Below, piece after piece: positions 22,544 to 33,407 of a stretch of DNA of 64,000 bases. Source of the stretch: Candidatus Poribacteria bacterium (GTDB taxonomy: Bacteria; Poribacteria; WGA-4E; PCPOR2b). The notes beneath the pieces were generated by a model. That model did no database searches. It had not been told where the DNA came from and saw only the letters and a program-made list of their open reading frames with translations. The translations under genes and the position numbers were made by a program. The DNA lies in the NCBI GenBank assembly GCA_965198175.1, contig OZ240245.1, positions 2,144,001-2,208,000 on the forward strand, in the 5' to 3' direction. Numbering within the stretch: the stretch's first letter is position 1; each line of letters begins with the position of its first letter.

Positions 22544-24961
22544 CTATCCCGATATCTTGGTGAACTGAACACTGACGTGCACGAAATCAGCTGTGGGGCT
22601 GAACTCAACTGTATAGATGGGTTTGTTCCAGAGAAAGTGGTAATTAGAACCATAACACGCCGTCGCAACGGGAATATACTCTTCAGGGACGTGGACAAAC
22701 AGTGTTCCTTTACTATGTCTGGGGGGTTTGCAAACCGCTAAAAAGCTCTGGCTCCGTTGATCCCAACCGGCGGACAAAATTTCCACCGAACCTTGTGTGA
22801 AGTGGAGATCCGTCGCGAGCAGTTGAGGCGATTTCTGCTCGGCGCGTATCCCCAGCAGCTTGACGGAGCGCGGGGGTAGATTTAGCAAAGTGACGCTGCC
22901 TCGCGCGGCGCCCAAATATTCTTGACCCCAGAAATCATGTATAAGATAGTATTTGGATGGATCCAAACCGAGCGAATCTAAAGGAAAATAGATTTCGTCT
23001 ACATTATCTCCCCAATTGAACACACCAACGACATTCCAAGAATCATACGGCGTGTGAACTCGCAAATTCCAAATCCGCGGGAGTTCGTTTTCATATAGAT
23101 CCACCGGCGTTGCCGCCTGCCCGATCAGGGGAAATAGCTTGGCGATCAACTCTGCCCGAGCTGGTTCAAGTTTTGTGAAGTCATCTCCCCAGGTGACAAC
23201 CCCGCCACTCAACCCCGCCGCCGTAATTGTGACGAGTGCTTCATTTAATGGGATGGGCTCATCAATGACTAACGGGCCAAACTCACCGGTCCATGCGATG
23301 CCGTGCTTAGGTAGATGGGCTGCATAGGCGCTGATAAGCTGTTTGGCTCCGGCTTTGTGGTTCCAGGATTCATCGCCAATATTTCCTCGATAGTCCGCAA
23401 GCACGGAATGGACTGGGAAGCCGCCAATGCTCGGTCCATTGCATACATCTCCGGCTGCGAGGATTACGCTGCTGGGACTTTCTTCAATCACTTCATTAAG
23501 AGTTTGAATCCCGAGCCGGTAAAGCTCAACGGCAGTGAGCGATTGATTATGCCAGACATAACTGTCCGGATCCGACAACGGTCCCGCGGCATAATCCGAT
23601 AAATCCACTTTGACCAAATCATATCCCCACTCGTTAACAATCTGCTGAAGTCGATTGCGAATGTATGTTTGCGCTCCCGGATGCGAAACATCAAGCAGCG
23701 CTACTGTTGTTCCTGTTTCTGGCAAGGCAACCGTCGCCGGCTTATTCCGCACGCTTTGTAGAAAATACTGTGGGTGCGCTGTCAGTAAATCAGAGTCGAG
23801 GTTAACATGAAATGGAGCTAGTCGGATACCAGCTTTTAATGCTTTGGAATGAATCTGATCGACAACCGGCTTCATGCCATCCGGAAAGTTGTGGGGATTG
23901 ACCTTGAGGCTGTCAGCCGTTAGCTGCCATCGGTCTTCGATTAGGATATACTCCATACCTCCTGCTGGGGGTGGGTAGAACAATCGGTTTTGGGCAACCT
24001 GATTGACCTGCTCACTTATCCGTTTCGCAGTGATTGAATGCTGATTGCGGGCGGCATACACACTCCAACCAGAAAAAACACGATCGAGTTTTTTGGCATT
24101 CATGCATTTGGCAAGCATTTCGACATAGAGTCGATACGATTCTGTAACCTCGCTCGTAAAATTGAGATAAGCGGGTTCCGACTTTATTATCTCACCCGAT
24201 GCACAAGGAAAACTTTCACATGTGTGGTAAAGTGACCAGAGATTGATCCCTTGGTTTTCTCCTTTGTTCAGTTGTGGCTGTGAATTATATCCAACTTGAA
24301 TTGCTGAACTCCATTTTTGAGAACTTAGAAAACCGAAAACAAGGGATTGTTTGCTATCTGTATCATAAAACGCACCGTTATAAAACGGCTCTGTGGAAAC
24401 CTCTTTGTTAATGCTAAAACCGTCGTGAATGGTTTTGAGAGCTTGATTCGATGTCCTTTTCGTATCCAAGAAGATACGATAGCCAGATGGAGCACCGCCC
24501 AAGTAAACACATCCTTCCGTGCCGGTCCGTGCTTTATCGTGGGGCGAGGAGACGCCGATGACACTAATCCGATCGATCGCAATCGGCTTTCCACTCAAAT
24601 TTTCGACGCCGGCATGTAATACAATATAAGGCTTTCTGTTATAGCATTTCAGGTAAAGATGAGTTTGGATATCCCGGTTTTCCGGTTGATGAGAAAACGT
24701 AATGGGATGGCAAATGCCGAAGTCATCCTCGGTGATGGGGTGAGTTATAAAATCGCGAGATCCTACATCTAGCGTGGTGAACACCGTGCCGTCTTTTACG
24801 ATAACCTTAGTATATGCGTTCCGAATGATAGTCTGTCCTGCCTGATTCAAGTAGTCCCAAGTTCCTTGTGAAAGGTCATAACTAATCTGGAATAGATTAT
24901 TTTTCATTACGACCAAGTTGCCTTGTCGCTCAACAATTGAGTCGTATGTCCCTTGCCTCAT
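22544..24961 (-). CDS. Alpha-galactosidase-like glycoside hydrolase (GH36/GH27 clan)
   Basis: IEDRWQ, FPDGMK, LDVSHP, GYDLVKVD, VGVFNW; canonical DDGW and WxAP appear altered. Confidence 0.7.
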   Translation of the reverse strand: MRQGTYDSIVERQGNLVVMKNNLFQISYDLSQGTWDYLNQAGQTIIRNAYTKVIVKDGTVFTTLDVGSRDFITHPITEDDFGICHPITFSHQPENRDIQTHLYLKCYNRKPYIVLHAGVENLSGKPIAIDRISVIGVSSPHDKARTGTEGCVYLGGAPSGYRIFLDTKRTSNQALKTIHDGFSINKEVSTEPFYNGAFYDTDSKQSLVFGFLSSQKWSSAIQVGYNSQPQLNKGENQGINLWSLYHTCESFPCASGEIIKSEPAYLNFTSEVTESYRLYVEMLAKCMNAKKLDRVFSGWSVYAARNQHSITAKRISEQVNQVAQNRLFYPPPAGGMEYILIEDRWQLTADSLKVNPHNFPDGMKPVVDQIHSKALKAGIRLAPFHVNLDSDLLTAHPQYFLQSVRNKPATVALPETGTTVALLDVSHPGAQTYIRNRLQQIVNEWGYDLVKVDLSDYAAGPLSDPDSYVWHNQSLTAVELYRLGIQTLNEVIEESPSSVILAAGDVCNGPSIGGFPVHSVLADYRGNIGDESWNHKAGAKQLISAYAAHLPKHGIAWTGEFGPLVIDEPIPLNEALVTITAAGLSGGVVTWGDDFTKLEPARAELIAKLFPLIGQAATPVDLYENELPRIWNLRVHTPYDSWNVVGVFNWGDNVDEIYFPLDSLGLDPSKYYLIHDFWGQEYLGAARGSVTLLNLPPRSVKLLGIRAEQKSPQLLATDLHFTQGSVEILSAGWDQRSQSFLAVCKPPRHSKGTLFVHVPEEYIPVATACYGSNYHFLWNKPIYTVEFSPTADFVHVSVQFTKISG

Positions 24962-25404
24962 ACAAATCCTCCATCCGTGATTTTTCCTTCAAGATTGGTT
25001 AATTAGTGGCGTTGTTTAATTTTTATTGGTGTAGTGGTAGGGTTTACCGGCTTACGAGAATGGGATTGTTCTTTTATTGATTACGCAATTTAGTCTCTAA
25101 ACTAGCACCATAATGATTTCCATGTACCAAAATTGGAACAGCAAAGGAGACTCGTCAAACCGATGCAACACGTTGGATATGTTAACCTTTTGCGTCCGGC
25201 TTGCTTTTGCGTCGTCACAGAATTTCGCGATTCTGGAATCCGTCAAGATTATGAATTATAAGCGAGTCTCACGCTGAAATGTTAGAGATTCGCCCGGCTG
25301 TTAGACATCAATTCTCCCGTCTGCTACACTTTAACTTGGATTAACTACAGTTATTATAACTGAAAATCACACAGAAATCAAGGTTAATCTTCATGCTTTT
25401 TCCC

Positions 25405-25433
25405 TTGACATTCCCTAAGTCACGTTGTAATAT
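25405..25433 (+). promoter_or_regulatory. sigma70-like promoter of the RHH-DinG operon
   Basis: TTGACA-N17-TAATAT. Confidence 0.55.
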
Positions 25434-25471
25434 GAAAAAAGACATTTACAAACGAAAGCGAGGTGCGACAA

Positions 25472-25675
25472 ATGAAAGGATTCAGAGACAGGTTGACTGT
25501 TGATATTTTCTCGTCGTTCACGGAGAAAGATGCAGAGAAAATCAAAGAGGCTGCGAAGCGATTGAACGTGAGCCGTTCTGAATTGATACGTGTCTGTGTG
25601 CTTAACGAATTGCCGAAACTACTCGAACGCGAAAACAAGCGGAGAAACTATCGTAGAACCTGTAGAGAAAACTAA
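25472..25675 (+). CDS. Ribbon-helix-helix (CopG-like) DNA-binding protein
   Basis: IKEAAKRLNVSRSELIR; GAGGTG RBS. Confidence 0.7.
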   Translation: MKGFRDRLTVDIFSSFTEKDAEKIKEAAKRLNVSRSELIRVCVLNELPKLLERENKRRNYRRTCREN

Positions 25676-25719
25676 TCCGAACCCACACCACGCTTGAGTT
25701 TGAAGCAGGGAGATTTATC

Positions 25720-25821
25720 ATGCCAGTTGAAACTTGGAAGCGCCTATCACTGCAGCGAATTGAAAGAATTGATGCAGCGCTCAATTGTTACATTCAGCAA
25801 CGGAAACGTGACAACACATGA
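25720..25821 (+). CDS. Small hypothetical protein (33 aa)
   Basis: GGGAG RBS; MPVETWKRLSLQRIERIDAALNCYIQQRKRDNT; stop overlaps next ATG. Confidence 0.4.
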   Translation: MPVETWKRLSLQRIERIDAALNCYIQQRKRDNT

Positions 25822-26027
25822 TAGCGACACACATCACCCATGAGCACGCCTACCAGCAGATTAATCAAGAAGACATGATTAAGCCATCCCGTCCCCTTCG
25901 CCCAAGTCTGGAAGGGTTCGGAGGGTACGGGTTCGGGGCAGACGGGTTGGCAGGCGATAGCCGTTTCGTGTTCTTGAGTCTAAACGAATACCTAAACCAT
26001 GGGAGACTAGACGATGAAAACGACTGA
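25818..26027 (+). CDS. Small hypothetical protein (69 aa)
   Basis: Overlaps both neighbouring ORFs, consistent with translational coupling. Confidence 0.4.
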   Translation: MIATHITHEHAYQQINQEDMIKPSRPLRPSLEGFGGYGFGADGLAGDSRFVFLSLNEYLNHGRLDDEND

Positions 26028-27969
26028 TGCAGGAGCGAAGGCGAGAAAAATTCTCGGTCCCGGCGGATTGATTGCAAAACATTTAACAGACTATGAGCAT
26101 CGGCCCCAGCAACTTGCAATGGCGGAAGCAGTTGGCAGCGCATTATCTCAAAAGGAACATCTTATCGTTGAAGCTGGAACTGGTGTTGGTAAGAGTTTCG
26201 CCTACCTTGTACCTGCAATAGTATACGCTTTAGCCACCGACGAAAAGGTGGTAATCTCGACTAATACGATTAACTTGCAAGAGCAACTGATTAACAAGGA
26301 TATTCCGTTCCTCAAACAAGTGATTGGGGAGGACTTCAAAGTCGCGTTGGCCGAAGGGCGTAGCAATTACCTATCAATCCGTCGTCTCCGTCGTCATGAG
26401 GAAAAAGGGCGAGGCATTTTTGACCGAGAATCAGATTTTAATGAATTTGAGCGAATTAAGGAATGGGCTTCCCAAACATCGGATGGAAATAAAGCATCTA
26501 TTGAACCCCAACCGTCACAATCAATTTGGCTTGAGATTGCTTCGGACAGACATGATTGCCTAGGGAAAGAATGTCCGACTTACTCTAAATGCTTCTATTT
26601 CAAGATGAGGAAGCTAGTGTCTCAAGCCGACCTCATTATAACCAATCACCATCTCCTTTTTACAGATCTGGAGATAAAAATGAAGGGAGGAAAAGGTGTT
26701 CTGCCCAACTACCTTTACCTTATCCTTGATGAGGCGCATCATATTGAGAAGGCTGTAACGAAACAGTTTGGGATAGAGTTAAGCAACACCCGAGTGGAAA
26801 GATACCTTAATTCGCTTTACAATGTGAAAGGTACAAAGGGACTCTTTATTCGCAAAAATTCCCCGACTGAACTTGTCGAAGATACATGGAGAGCATGGGA
26901 AAATCAATTTGCAGCTATCAGGCAGTTTACTGGCGGTTTGCCAACGCGCTTAATCGAGTCTACTTATTTTGTGGAAAACCTATTGAGCGAACCACTATCC
27001 AAAATAGGAACTCACTTAAAAAAGTTGAGCGACAATGCAGTTAGCGAAGACGACAAACAAGAACTTTTTTCACATAAAAATAGATGCGATGATATCCGTT
27101 CCGATTTCGAGTTGATGCTTGACCATAGGCGCCACGATCATGTGTACTGGATAGAGGAAAACCAGTCTCGCAACGTGCTTCATGCAAACCCGTTAAACGT
27201 CGGCGATACTTTAAATGAGAATCTATTCCAAAAAAAGAATTCCGTAATCATGACCAGCGCCACCCTTTCAACCAACCGGAATTTCGACCACATTCGAAAG
27301 CGGTTGGGGCTGACTCAAGCTCGTTCTTTACTTGTTGGTTCACCATTCAAATATCAACAGCAGGTCAAATATTATTGTCCCTCTGACATGCCAGACCCTA
27401 ATTCTCCTCATTTCACAAAAGCCTCCGCATCGAAAATTCGCATTTATCTTGAACACACGCATGGTAAAGCATTCGTCCTTTTTACCAGTTACCGTATGAT
27501 GGACGAGGTTTATCAGGAAGTGCAACCTTATGTTGAGCAACTTGGGATTGACGTAATTAAACAAGGTCAGGGGATTTCACGTAGTGCTATGTTGGCGGAG
27601 TTTAAGAAGAATTTAAATTCGGTTCTGTTCGGAACTTCCAGTTTTTGGGAGGGCGTTGATGTGCAAGGCGAATCATTGAGTTCTGTGATTATTGTCAAGT
27701 TACCCTTTGAAGTCCCTACACACCCCTTAGTCGAGGCGAAACATAAACGGATAAAAGCAAACGGCGGCGATCCCTTTTCGGAGTTAAGTTTGCCTGAAGC
27801 GATTATCCGATTCAAACAGGGGTTTGGTCGGTTAATCCGAACAAAAACTGACACGGGGATTTTCGTTGTGCTTGATCCCCGCATAAACTCCAAGGAGTAC
27901 GGTAAGCAATTTTGGAAATCGCTTAACGTCCAAAAGGAGACTATCAATCCATGCATCGAGAGCGATTAA
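26014..27969 (+). CDS. dinG: DinG/YoaA-family ATP-dependent helicase
   Basis: RPQQ, EAGTGVGKS, DEAHH, TSATL, LFTSY, FWEGVD, QGFGRLIR. Confidence 0.92.
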   Translation: MKTTDAGAKARKILGPGGLIAKHLTDYEHRPQQLAMAEAVGSALSQKEHLIVEAGTGVGKSFAYLVPAIVYALATDEKVVISTNTINLQEQLINKDIPFLKQVIGEDFKVALAEGRSNYLSIRRLRRHEEKGRGIFDRESDFNEFERIKEWASQTSDGNKASIEPQPSQSIWLEIASDRHDCLGKECPTYSKCFYFKMRKLVSQADLIITNHHLLFTDLEIKMKGGKGVLPNYLYLILDEAHHIEKAVTKQFGIELSNTRVERYLNSLYNVKGTKGLFIRKNSPTELVEDTWRAWENQFAAIRQFTGGLPTRLIESTYFVENLLSEPLSKIGTHLKKLSDNAVSEDDKQELFSHKNRCDDIRSDFELMLDHRRHDHVYWIEENQSRNVLHANPLNVGDTLNENLFQKKNSVIMTSATLSTNRNFDHIRKRLGLTQARSLLVGSPFKYQQQVKYYCPSDMPDPNSPHFTKASASKIRIYLEHTHGKAFVLFTSYRMMDEVYQEVQPYVEQLGIDVIKQGQGISRSAMLAEFKKNLNSVLFGTSSFWEGVDVQGESLSSVIIVKLPFEVPTHPLVEAKHKRIKANGGDPFSELSLPEAIIRFKQGFGRLIRTKTDTGIFVVLDPRINSKEYGKQFWKSLNVQKETINPCIESD

Positions 27970-28067
27970 CCCAAAATGGGTGACCGTGAAAACAAGCGGT
28001 GAAACAACTGAAGAACCTACGAGCAAAACTAGGAGCAAACCCCGTCCACTACTGTTCATTTGTGCAC

Positions 28068-29261
28068 CTAGCACACATCCTTATAAGCTGTATAGTCCGG
28101 ATCAATCTCATCAACCCGAACAGGGCGCCCTTCACGGGCTGAACGAATTGTCGCTAAGGTGCACCGCACGGTATGTACTCCATCCTCGCCAGCGGAGCGC
28201 GGCTGACGGTCTTGCAAGATGCAGTCGATGAGGTGGTGAACCTGGTTAACATGGCCTTGGCTGTAATAACAGATATCCGACTGCCAGACATCGTCTCCGC
28301 CTTCATCGAAGCGAAAATAGCGTGTCTCTCTACCTTCTTGGTGGAGAACAAGATGCTGCTGCTGTCCTTCCCACAAGAGGTTGTGACCGCCCTCTCCTAG
28401 GACTTCAATCGCCCCCTTTTCGCCGATTATCGTCGTGCTGAAGCCTCGCATGTAGTCGTATTTTCCGTTTAACCTCTCGGCTCGCATCCAAACGCCCTGG
28501 CAATCGGTATCGTCATATTTCCATGTGATGATGGGGATATCGACCTCAGGGATTGTATATGGGTCATGATCCGCCCCGCTCTTTTTCGCATTGATTCGGC
28601 AGGTGCCTGCAACCGTGTGGACCTCAGTGATTTTCCGATCTAACATCAAGTATTCAGCTGCAGCAAAGAAATGTACTGCATGGTCGAAGATCCACGGATA
28701 ATCACCACCGCCGGACTTTTCCCCATCCACGCGCCAGTGACGCGCGGCGGAATCTATATGCGCTGAACCCCTTTTCCGCTCCAGCCAAGCCCCATGCCGT
28801 TGTCGCATCTGCAAGGGGCGTCCGATTTCGCCAGCTTCAATTAACTCACGTGCTTTCATATGCGAAGTAATAAAGACATAAGTTTCGCCCACAACTAACT
28901 TTACCCCATTCCGGTGCGCGGCTTCGCAGGCTTCGAGCCCTTCGATCATACTGCGGCAGAAGGGTTTTTCACAGTGTACATGCTTTCCAGCCCCGCTAGC
29001 CTGTCGCGTCATGGCAGCGTGCAGGAAAGTCGGTGTTCCAATATCAACGGTGTTGATTGAAGCTCGTCCCAGCATGTCTTCATAAGCTGTATACACATTC
29101 GCAACGCCGTGTGTCGCTGCGAATTGTTCGGCTCTCCCTCTATCCAAATCGCAGACAGCCACGACTTCGGCGTGTGGATGGCTTTCATACCCTTTTAAAT
29201 GGGAAGTTGCCACATGTCCCAATCCGACCATACCAACCCTTACAGATTCCGAACTCATCAA
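28068..29261 (-). CDS. Gfo/Idh/MocA-family oxidoreductase
   Basis: GxGxxA Rossmann motif, HCEKP, DHAVH. Confidence 0.88.
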   Translation of the reverse strand: MMSSESVRVGMVGLGHVATSHLKGYESHPHAEVVAVCDLDRGRAEQFAATHGVANVYTAYEDMLGRASINTVDIGTPTFLHAAMTRQASGAGKHVHCEKPFCRSMIEGLEACEAAHRNGVKLVVGETYVFITSHMKARELIEAGEIGRPLQMRQRHGAWLERKRGSAHIDSAARHWRVDGEKSGGGDYPWIFDHAVHFFAAAEYLMLDRKITEVHTVAGTCRINAKKSGADHDPYTIPEVDIPIITWKYDDTDCQGVWMRAERLNGKYDYMRGFSTTIIGEKGAIEVLGEGGHNLLWEGQQQHLVLHQEGRETRYFRFDEGGDDVWQSDICYYSQGHVNQVHHLIDCILQDRQPRSAGEDGVHTVRCTLATIRSAREGRPVRVDEIDPDYTAYKDVC

Positions 29262-29311
29262 AATATCCTCGGAGAAATGTCCGCGCGTGTTTGTTTAACT
29301 TTATGAAAGGT

Positions 29312-31225
29312 TCACTTATAACTGCGTTGGGTAGGTTCGATATTTTCAAAGGTTAGAGGTTCTTTGTGAAGAATCGGATTATGATCTTCGCCTGCGTATT
29401 CCCATGCTGCAACATACGAGAACTTCTCATCGTCGCGTTTAGCTTCGCCCTCCAGCGTTTGACATTCTTCACGGAAGTGGACGCCGCAGGACTCTCGGCG
29501 ATGCAGGGCGTCCCGTGCCATCAATTCGCCTAATTCCAGATAATCTGCGACCCTGCCGGCGAACTCGAGGTTCTTATTCAACGTCTCGCCACTACCTGGG
29601 ATCATGACGTTTTCCCAAAATTCGTTACGCAGTCTGCAAATTTCTACTAACGTATGTTTTAGCCCTACTTCATGGCGTGATATCCCCACGCGGTTCCAGA
29701 GAACATGACCGAGTTCGCGGTGAAATTGCTTTACGGTTTTTTTGCCTTCGATGGAGAGGAGTTTTCTGATCTTCGCGTTGACTTCCGCCCCTATTTCTTT
29801 GAACGCTGGATGAGCTGTTGTGACTTTTGGGAGTTCAGCGCCGGCAAGATAATTGCCAATGGTCGAAGGGATGATGAAATACCCATCGCCTAACGTTTGC
29901 ATCAAAGCGCTTGCGCCGAGACGGTTGGCGCCGTGGTCGGAGAAATTTGCTTCGCCCAACACGTGCAAACCAGGGATGGTACTCATTAAATTATAGTCTA
30001 CCCACAACCCACCCATCGGGTAGTGTGCAGCCGGATAGATGCGCATCGGCATCTCGTAAGCGTTTTCGCCCGTAATTCGGTGATACATATCAAACAGGTT
30101 GCCGTATTTCTCGCTGATGTATTCTACCCCGCGTTCTTTGATGGCATCAGTAAAATCCAGATATACAGCAAAGCCCGTTTCACCGATGCCATAACCTTCA
30201 TCGCACATTGCTTTCGTGCTTCTTGATGCGATATCGCGAGGCACCAGATTTCCGTAGCTGGGATATTGCCGCTCAAGGTAGTAATCTCTTTCTGACTCCG
30301 GAATCTCATTGTGCCGGCGCTTATCACCCTTCTTTTTCGGCAACCAAACGCGGCCATCGTTCCGAAGACTTTCACTCATCGCAGTTAGCTTCGATTGATG
30401 ATTGTCGGAAACAGGGAGACACGTGGGATGAATCTGCACAAAGCATGGGTTGGCAAAGAAGGCTCCTCGCTTGTGACAGCGCCAGATAGCCGTCGCATTG
30501 GAATTCAAGGCATTCGTAGAGAGATAGTAGGCATTTCCGTAGCCGCCTGTCGCCAGGACCACGGCATCCCCCGCATGGTACTCAATTTCGCCGGTAATCA
30601 GATTTCGGGCGACAATCCCCCGGGCTTTCCCGTCAATGACGACAAGTTCCAACATCTCCCGACGTGGATACATCTGCGCCCTTTCCGCATTGACCTGACA
30701 CATTAAGGCGCCGTATGCGCCGAGCAACAATTGTTGCCCCGTTTGTCCACGACAGTAGAACGTTCGGGAAACTTGCGCGCCGCCAAAAGATCGGTTTGAA
30801 AGCAAACCGTCATACTCCCTATTAAATGGAACGCCTTGTGCTACACTCTGGTCGATAATGTTAACGCTTATCTGCGCAAGTCGATATACATTCGCTTCCC
30901 GTGAGCGGAAATCCCCACCCTTGATGGTGTCGTAAAACAATCGCCAGATACTATCGCCGTCACCTGCATAGTTCTTTGCCGCGTTGATACCACCTTGGGC
31001 GGCAATACTATGGGCTCTTCGAGGGGAATCCTGAATGCAGAAACTCTTAACATTGTAACCTAAACCAGCAAGTGTGGAGGCGGCAGACGCTCCTGCCAAA
31101 CCTGTGCCGACAACCAATATAGTGAATTTTCGCCTGTTAGAAGGGCTGACGAGCTTCATCTCAAATTTGTGTCTATCCCATTTTTCGGGCAGCGCTCCGC
31201 CTGGAATTTTGGCGTCGAGTTTCAT
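29312..31225 (-). CDS. sdhA: Succinate dehydrogenase/fumarate reductase flavoprotein subunit
   Basis: [38 protein letters not shown]. Confidence 0.93.
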   Translation of the reverse strand: MKLDAKIPGGALPEKWDRHKFEMKLVSPSNRRKFTILVVGTGLAGASAASTLAGLGYNVKSFCIQDSPRRAHSIAAQGGINAAKNYAGDGDSIWRLFYDTIKGGDFRSREANVYRLAQISVNIIDQSVAQGVPFNREYDGLLSNRSFGGAQVSRTFYCRGQTGQQLLLGAYGALMCQVNAERAQMYPRREMLELVVIDGKARGIVARNLITGEIEYHAGDAVVLATGGYGNAYYLSTNALNSNATAIWRCHKRGAFFANPCFVQIHPTCLPVSDNHQSKLTAMSESLRNDGRVWLPKKKGDKRRHNEIPESERDYYLERQYPSYGNLVPRDIASRSTKAMCDEGYGIGETGFAVYLDFTDAIKERGVEYISEKYGNLFDMYHRITGENAYEMPMRIYPAAHYPMGGLWVDYNLMSTIPGLHVLGEANFSDHGANRLGASALMQTLGDGYFIIPSTIGNYLAGAELPKVTTAHPAFKEIGAEVNAKIRKLLSIEGKKTVKQFHRELGHVLWNRVGISRHEVGLKHTLVEICRLRNEFWENVMIPGSGETLNKNLEFAGRVADYLELGELMARDALHRRESCGVHFREECQTLEGEAKRDDEKFSYVAAWEYAGEDHNPILHKEPLTFENIEPTQRSYK

Positions 31226-31299
31226 TACAAGTCTCCCGTAAAATTAATTGTGTCAGTAGATAAGATTTTCCCTGCAATATGATAGTACAATGTAGTCTC

Positions 31300-33222
31300 T
31301 TAATTCAACACCGGATGCCAGCCCATGTTATATACTGTAATTTTGAAAGTTGCATTGATGATGCTCCAAAGACAGCCAAAGGTGTAGTCTCCCAGTATCA
31401 AGCCCGCAAAAAACGGAATGGCGCGCCGGTATGCTTTCAAACCGCCATACCGAAGGATGCTTAATTTGATAGCCCAGCTGATTAACACCGGCACCCAAAT
31501 ATAAACCATCTCTGCCGGACTCACTCCCAGCACATAACCTACCGGGTGAAACGGCCACCACAGGAATCGCATCTTCATCGCTAATAGGAGGCCGGTTATA
31601 GCCACACCGAGTCCCATAAATCCGGTTGTCACGTAGTTGTGTCCCGTCGGGAAAGTTAACCACCCTTGAAGGCGCTGGTCAAAGATTTCCCGTCCTAGAC
31701 CCGTGATGCCGGCGCCACTATGTTGATACGCGAGGCAGAGATGTATTAGAAAGCTCACCGGTATCCCCACAGCGAAGGCGAGAATCATCGCCCAAACGAG
31801 CGTTCGATTATTGATATGGGCTTGTTCGCCAATCCGAAAAGCCTCGAGCTGATTCGGCATCGGATGAGCGGGTTGGTCCCGATTTAATCCATAAAAGAAC
31901 GCGAGCACCGTTAAGTTTCGTGGACCAATCGTCCGCGTTCCCATCGAGGTCACAAGTGTTCGCCCGGGATCTATCCATAACAACTCATGAACAGCCGCGC
32001 CAAGGCCAGCCCTAACCTTCGTTACACCAAGGGCACTGCAGCAATATATCCCCAGAAATAGCAGAAGTACCCATGAAGATAGCCCCGCCTTATAGCTAAA
32101 AAATAGGAGACATAGCAATCCTCCGCTGATGCCCAAAAGCGCGGTACGGTACGGTATCGGCTCATTGGCATCATCTATCCGATTATTTCCTGTAAACGCT
32201 TGCGTGAAAACACGTTTTAGGTGTCTCCGTCCTACCCAAAGCGCCAGAACGCCCAGAGCTATCCACGCGCCCTGTGCCTGTTCATCCAGATACAGATTCC
32301 GCCAGCCCATCGTGGTGCCAAGGAACAGTTGTGTAAATTTCTTTAAGAAGTAGAAGAACCATGCAGAAAATGCCAAATCGAGCGGCATGAAATAGGAAAG
32401 CCCAATCACAAAGGGCTGGAAGGAGATACGTGTATAAACCATGTAGCTCCACGGCTTCTCCTGGAAATTGATTCGCTGCCACCCGATAGGGATGGAAGGG
32501 AGAAAAGGATAGAAAACGGCCAAGCCATTGAGAAGACTAATGGCGGCGGCAATGCCGAAGCCCGCCCACATAAGCTTATTTCTTAAAAACGCAACTGGAT
32601 CTCGTCCCATTTCCAGCGGCATCCAGGTGATCGGATACGTAAGTCGTTCATGCTCGCTGAATTGCTTTCGGATAACCGAGTTAATGCAAATGAGGACAAA
32701 GTATAGCACAAACGTAAAGGCTGACCAATAGAGCAGCGGTCCGAGCCAAGCCTTGACGTGCAGTCGGGTAAAGAACGAGGTTTCGCCTAGAAAAAAGCCG
32801 CTGAGAACATTTTCGTCCTCGACTGTAAACCAATCGGGAACATGATGCCAGAAAAGATTCCGCCAGTCATTTTCTGCCGTAGCGAACCAGAAGGGGTGAA
32901 TTAGCGGGGCTAGCAGCCGGGTCATACGATGTCCAGACACCGTTGACGCCATAACCACCATAATGTAGATGACTAGCAGGTCTGATTCGCGCAGCACAAT
33001 TGCCGACCGAAGTTTCTGCGACAGAAGGTTTATGAGAATCAGCGCAAACAAGGTGAAGACCGCATTGCTGAACAGCGACATATAAGTGTGCGCTAGACCG
33101 AGTGTGAGGTCATTGACTGAAATCCAATAGGCATTTACGACAACCAAAATGAGCCCGAGGACCAGCACTCCAAGATTGAAGCCCCTTGACTCGTTTTTTT
33201 TGATGACAGAGAACTGATTCAC
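31300..33222 (-). CDS. Polytopic membrane protein, DUF6785/OPT-like putative peptide transporter
   Basis: Many TM segments; E.ERLTYPI, WWPFHPVGY, LRYGG...YR...PFF.GLILGD. Confidence 0.7.
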   Translation of the reverse strand: MNQFSVIKKNESRGFNLGVLVLGLILVVVNAYWISVNDLTLGLAHTYMSLFSNAVFTLFALILINLLSQKLRSAIVLRESDLLVIYIMVVMASTVSGHRMTRLLAPLIHPFWFATAENDWRNLFWHHVPDWFTVEDENVLSGFFLGETSFFTRLHVKAWLGPLLYWSAFTFVLYFVLICINSVIRKQFSEHERLTYPITWMPLEMGRDPVAFLRNKLMWAGFGIAAAISLLNGLAVFYPFLPSIPIGWQRINFQEKPWSYMVYTRISFQPFVIGLSYFMPLDLAFSAWFFYFLKKFTQLFLGTTMGWRNLYLDEQAQGAWIALGVLALWVGRRHLKRVFTQAFTGNNRIDDANEPIPYRTALLGISGGLLCLLFFSYKAGLSSWVLLLFLGIYCCSALGVTKVRAGLGAAVHELLWIDPGRTLVTSMGTRTIGPRNLTVLAFFYGLNRDQPAHPMPNQLEAFRIGEQAHINNRTLVWAMILAFAVGIPVSFLIHLCLAYQHSGAGITGLGREIFDQRLQGWLTFPTGHNYVTTGFMGLGVAITGLLLAMKMRFLWWPFHPVGYVLGVSPAEMVYIWVPVLISWAIKLSILRYGGLKAYRRAIPFFAGLILGDYTFGCLWSIINATFKITVYNMGWHPVLN

Positions 33223-33407
33223 AAATAACCTTGCTTTGACGTTGGTCTCAGTTTGGCTTGTAACATTTCACAAACCGACATTCGTGGCAATCGTCCCTCA
33301 CTAAGTCGAGATAGAATACTATCTCCCTGAAGATCAATCCGCGTTGGACTTCTAGGTACAACGATTCTGTAGGCTGGACTTTGTCAACAAACCGTTCAGA
33401 AACTCTC

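Noticed and set aside
26014..27969. DinG as a type IV-A CRISPR component
   Set aside because: No csf/cas genes or array in the window
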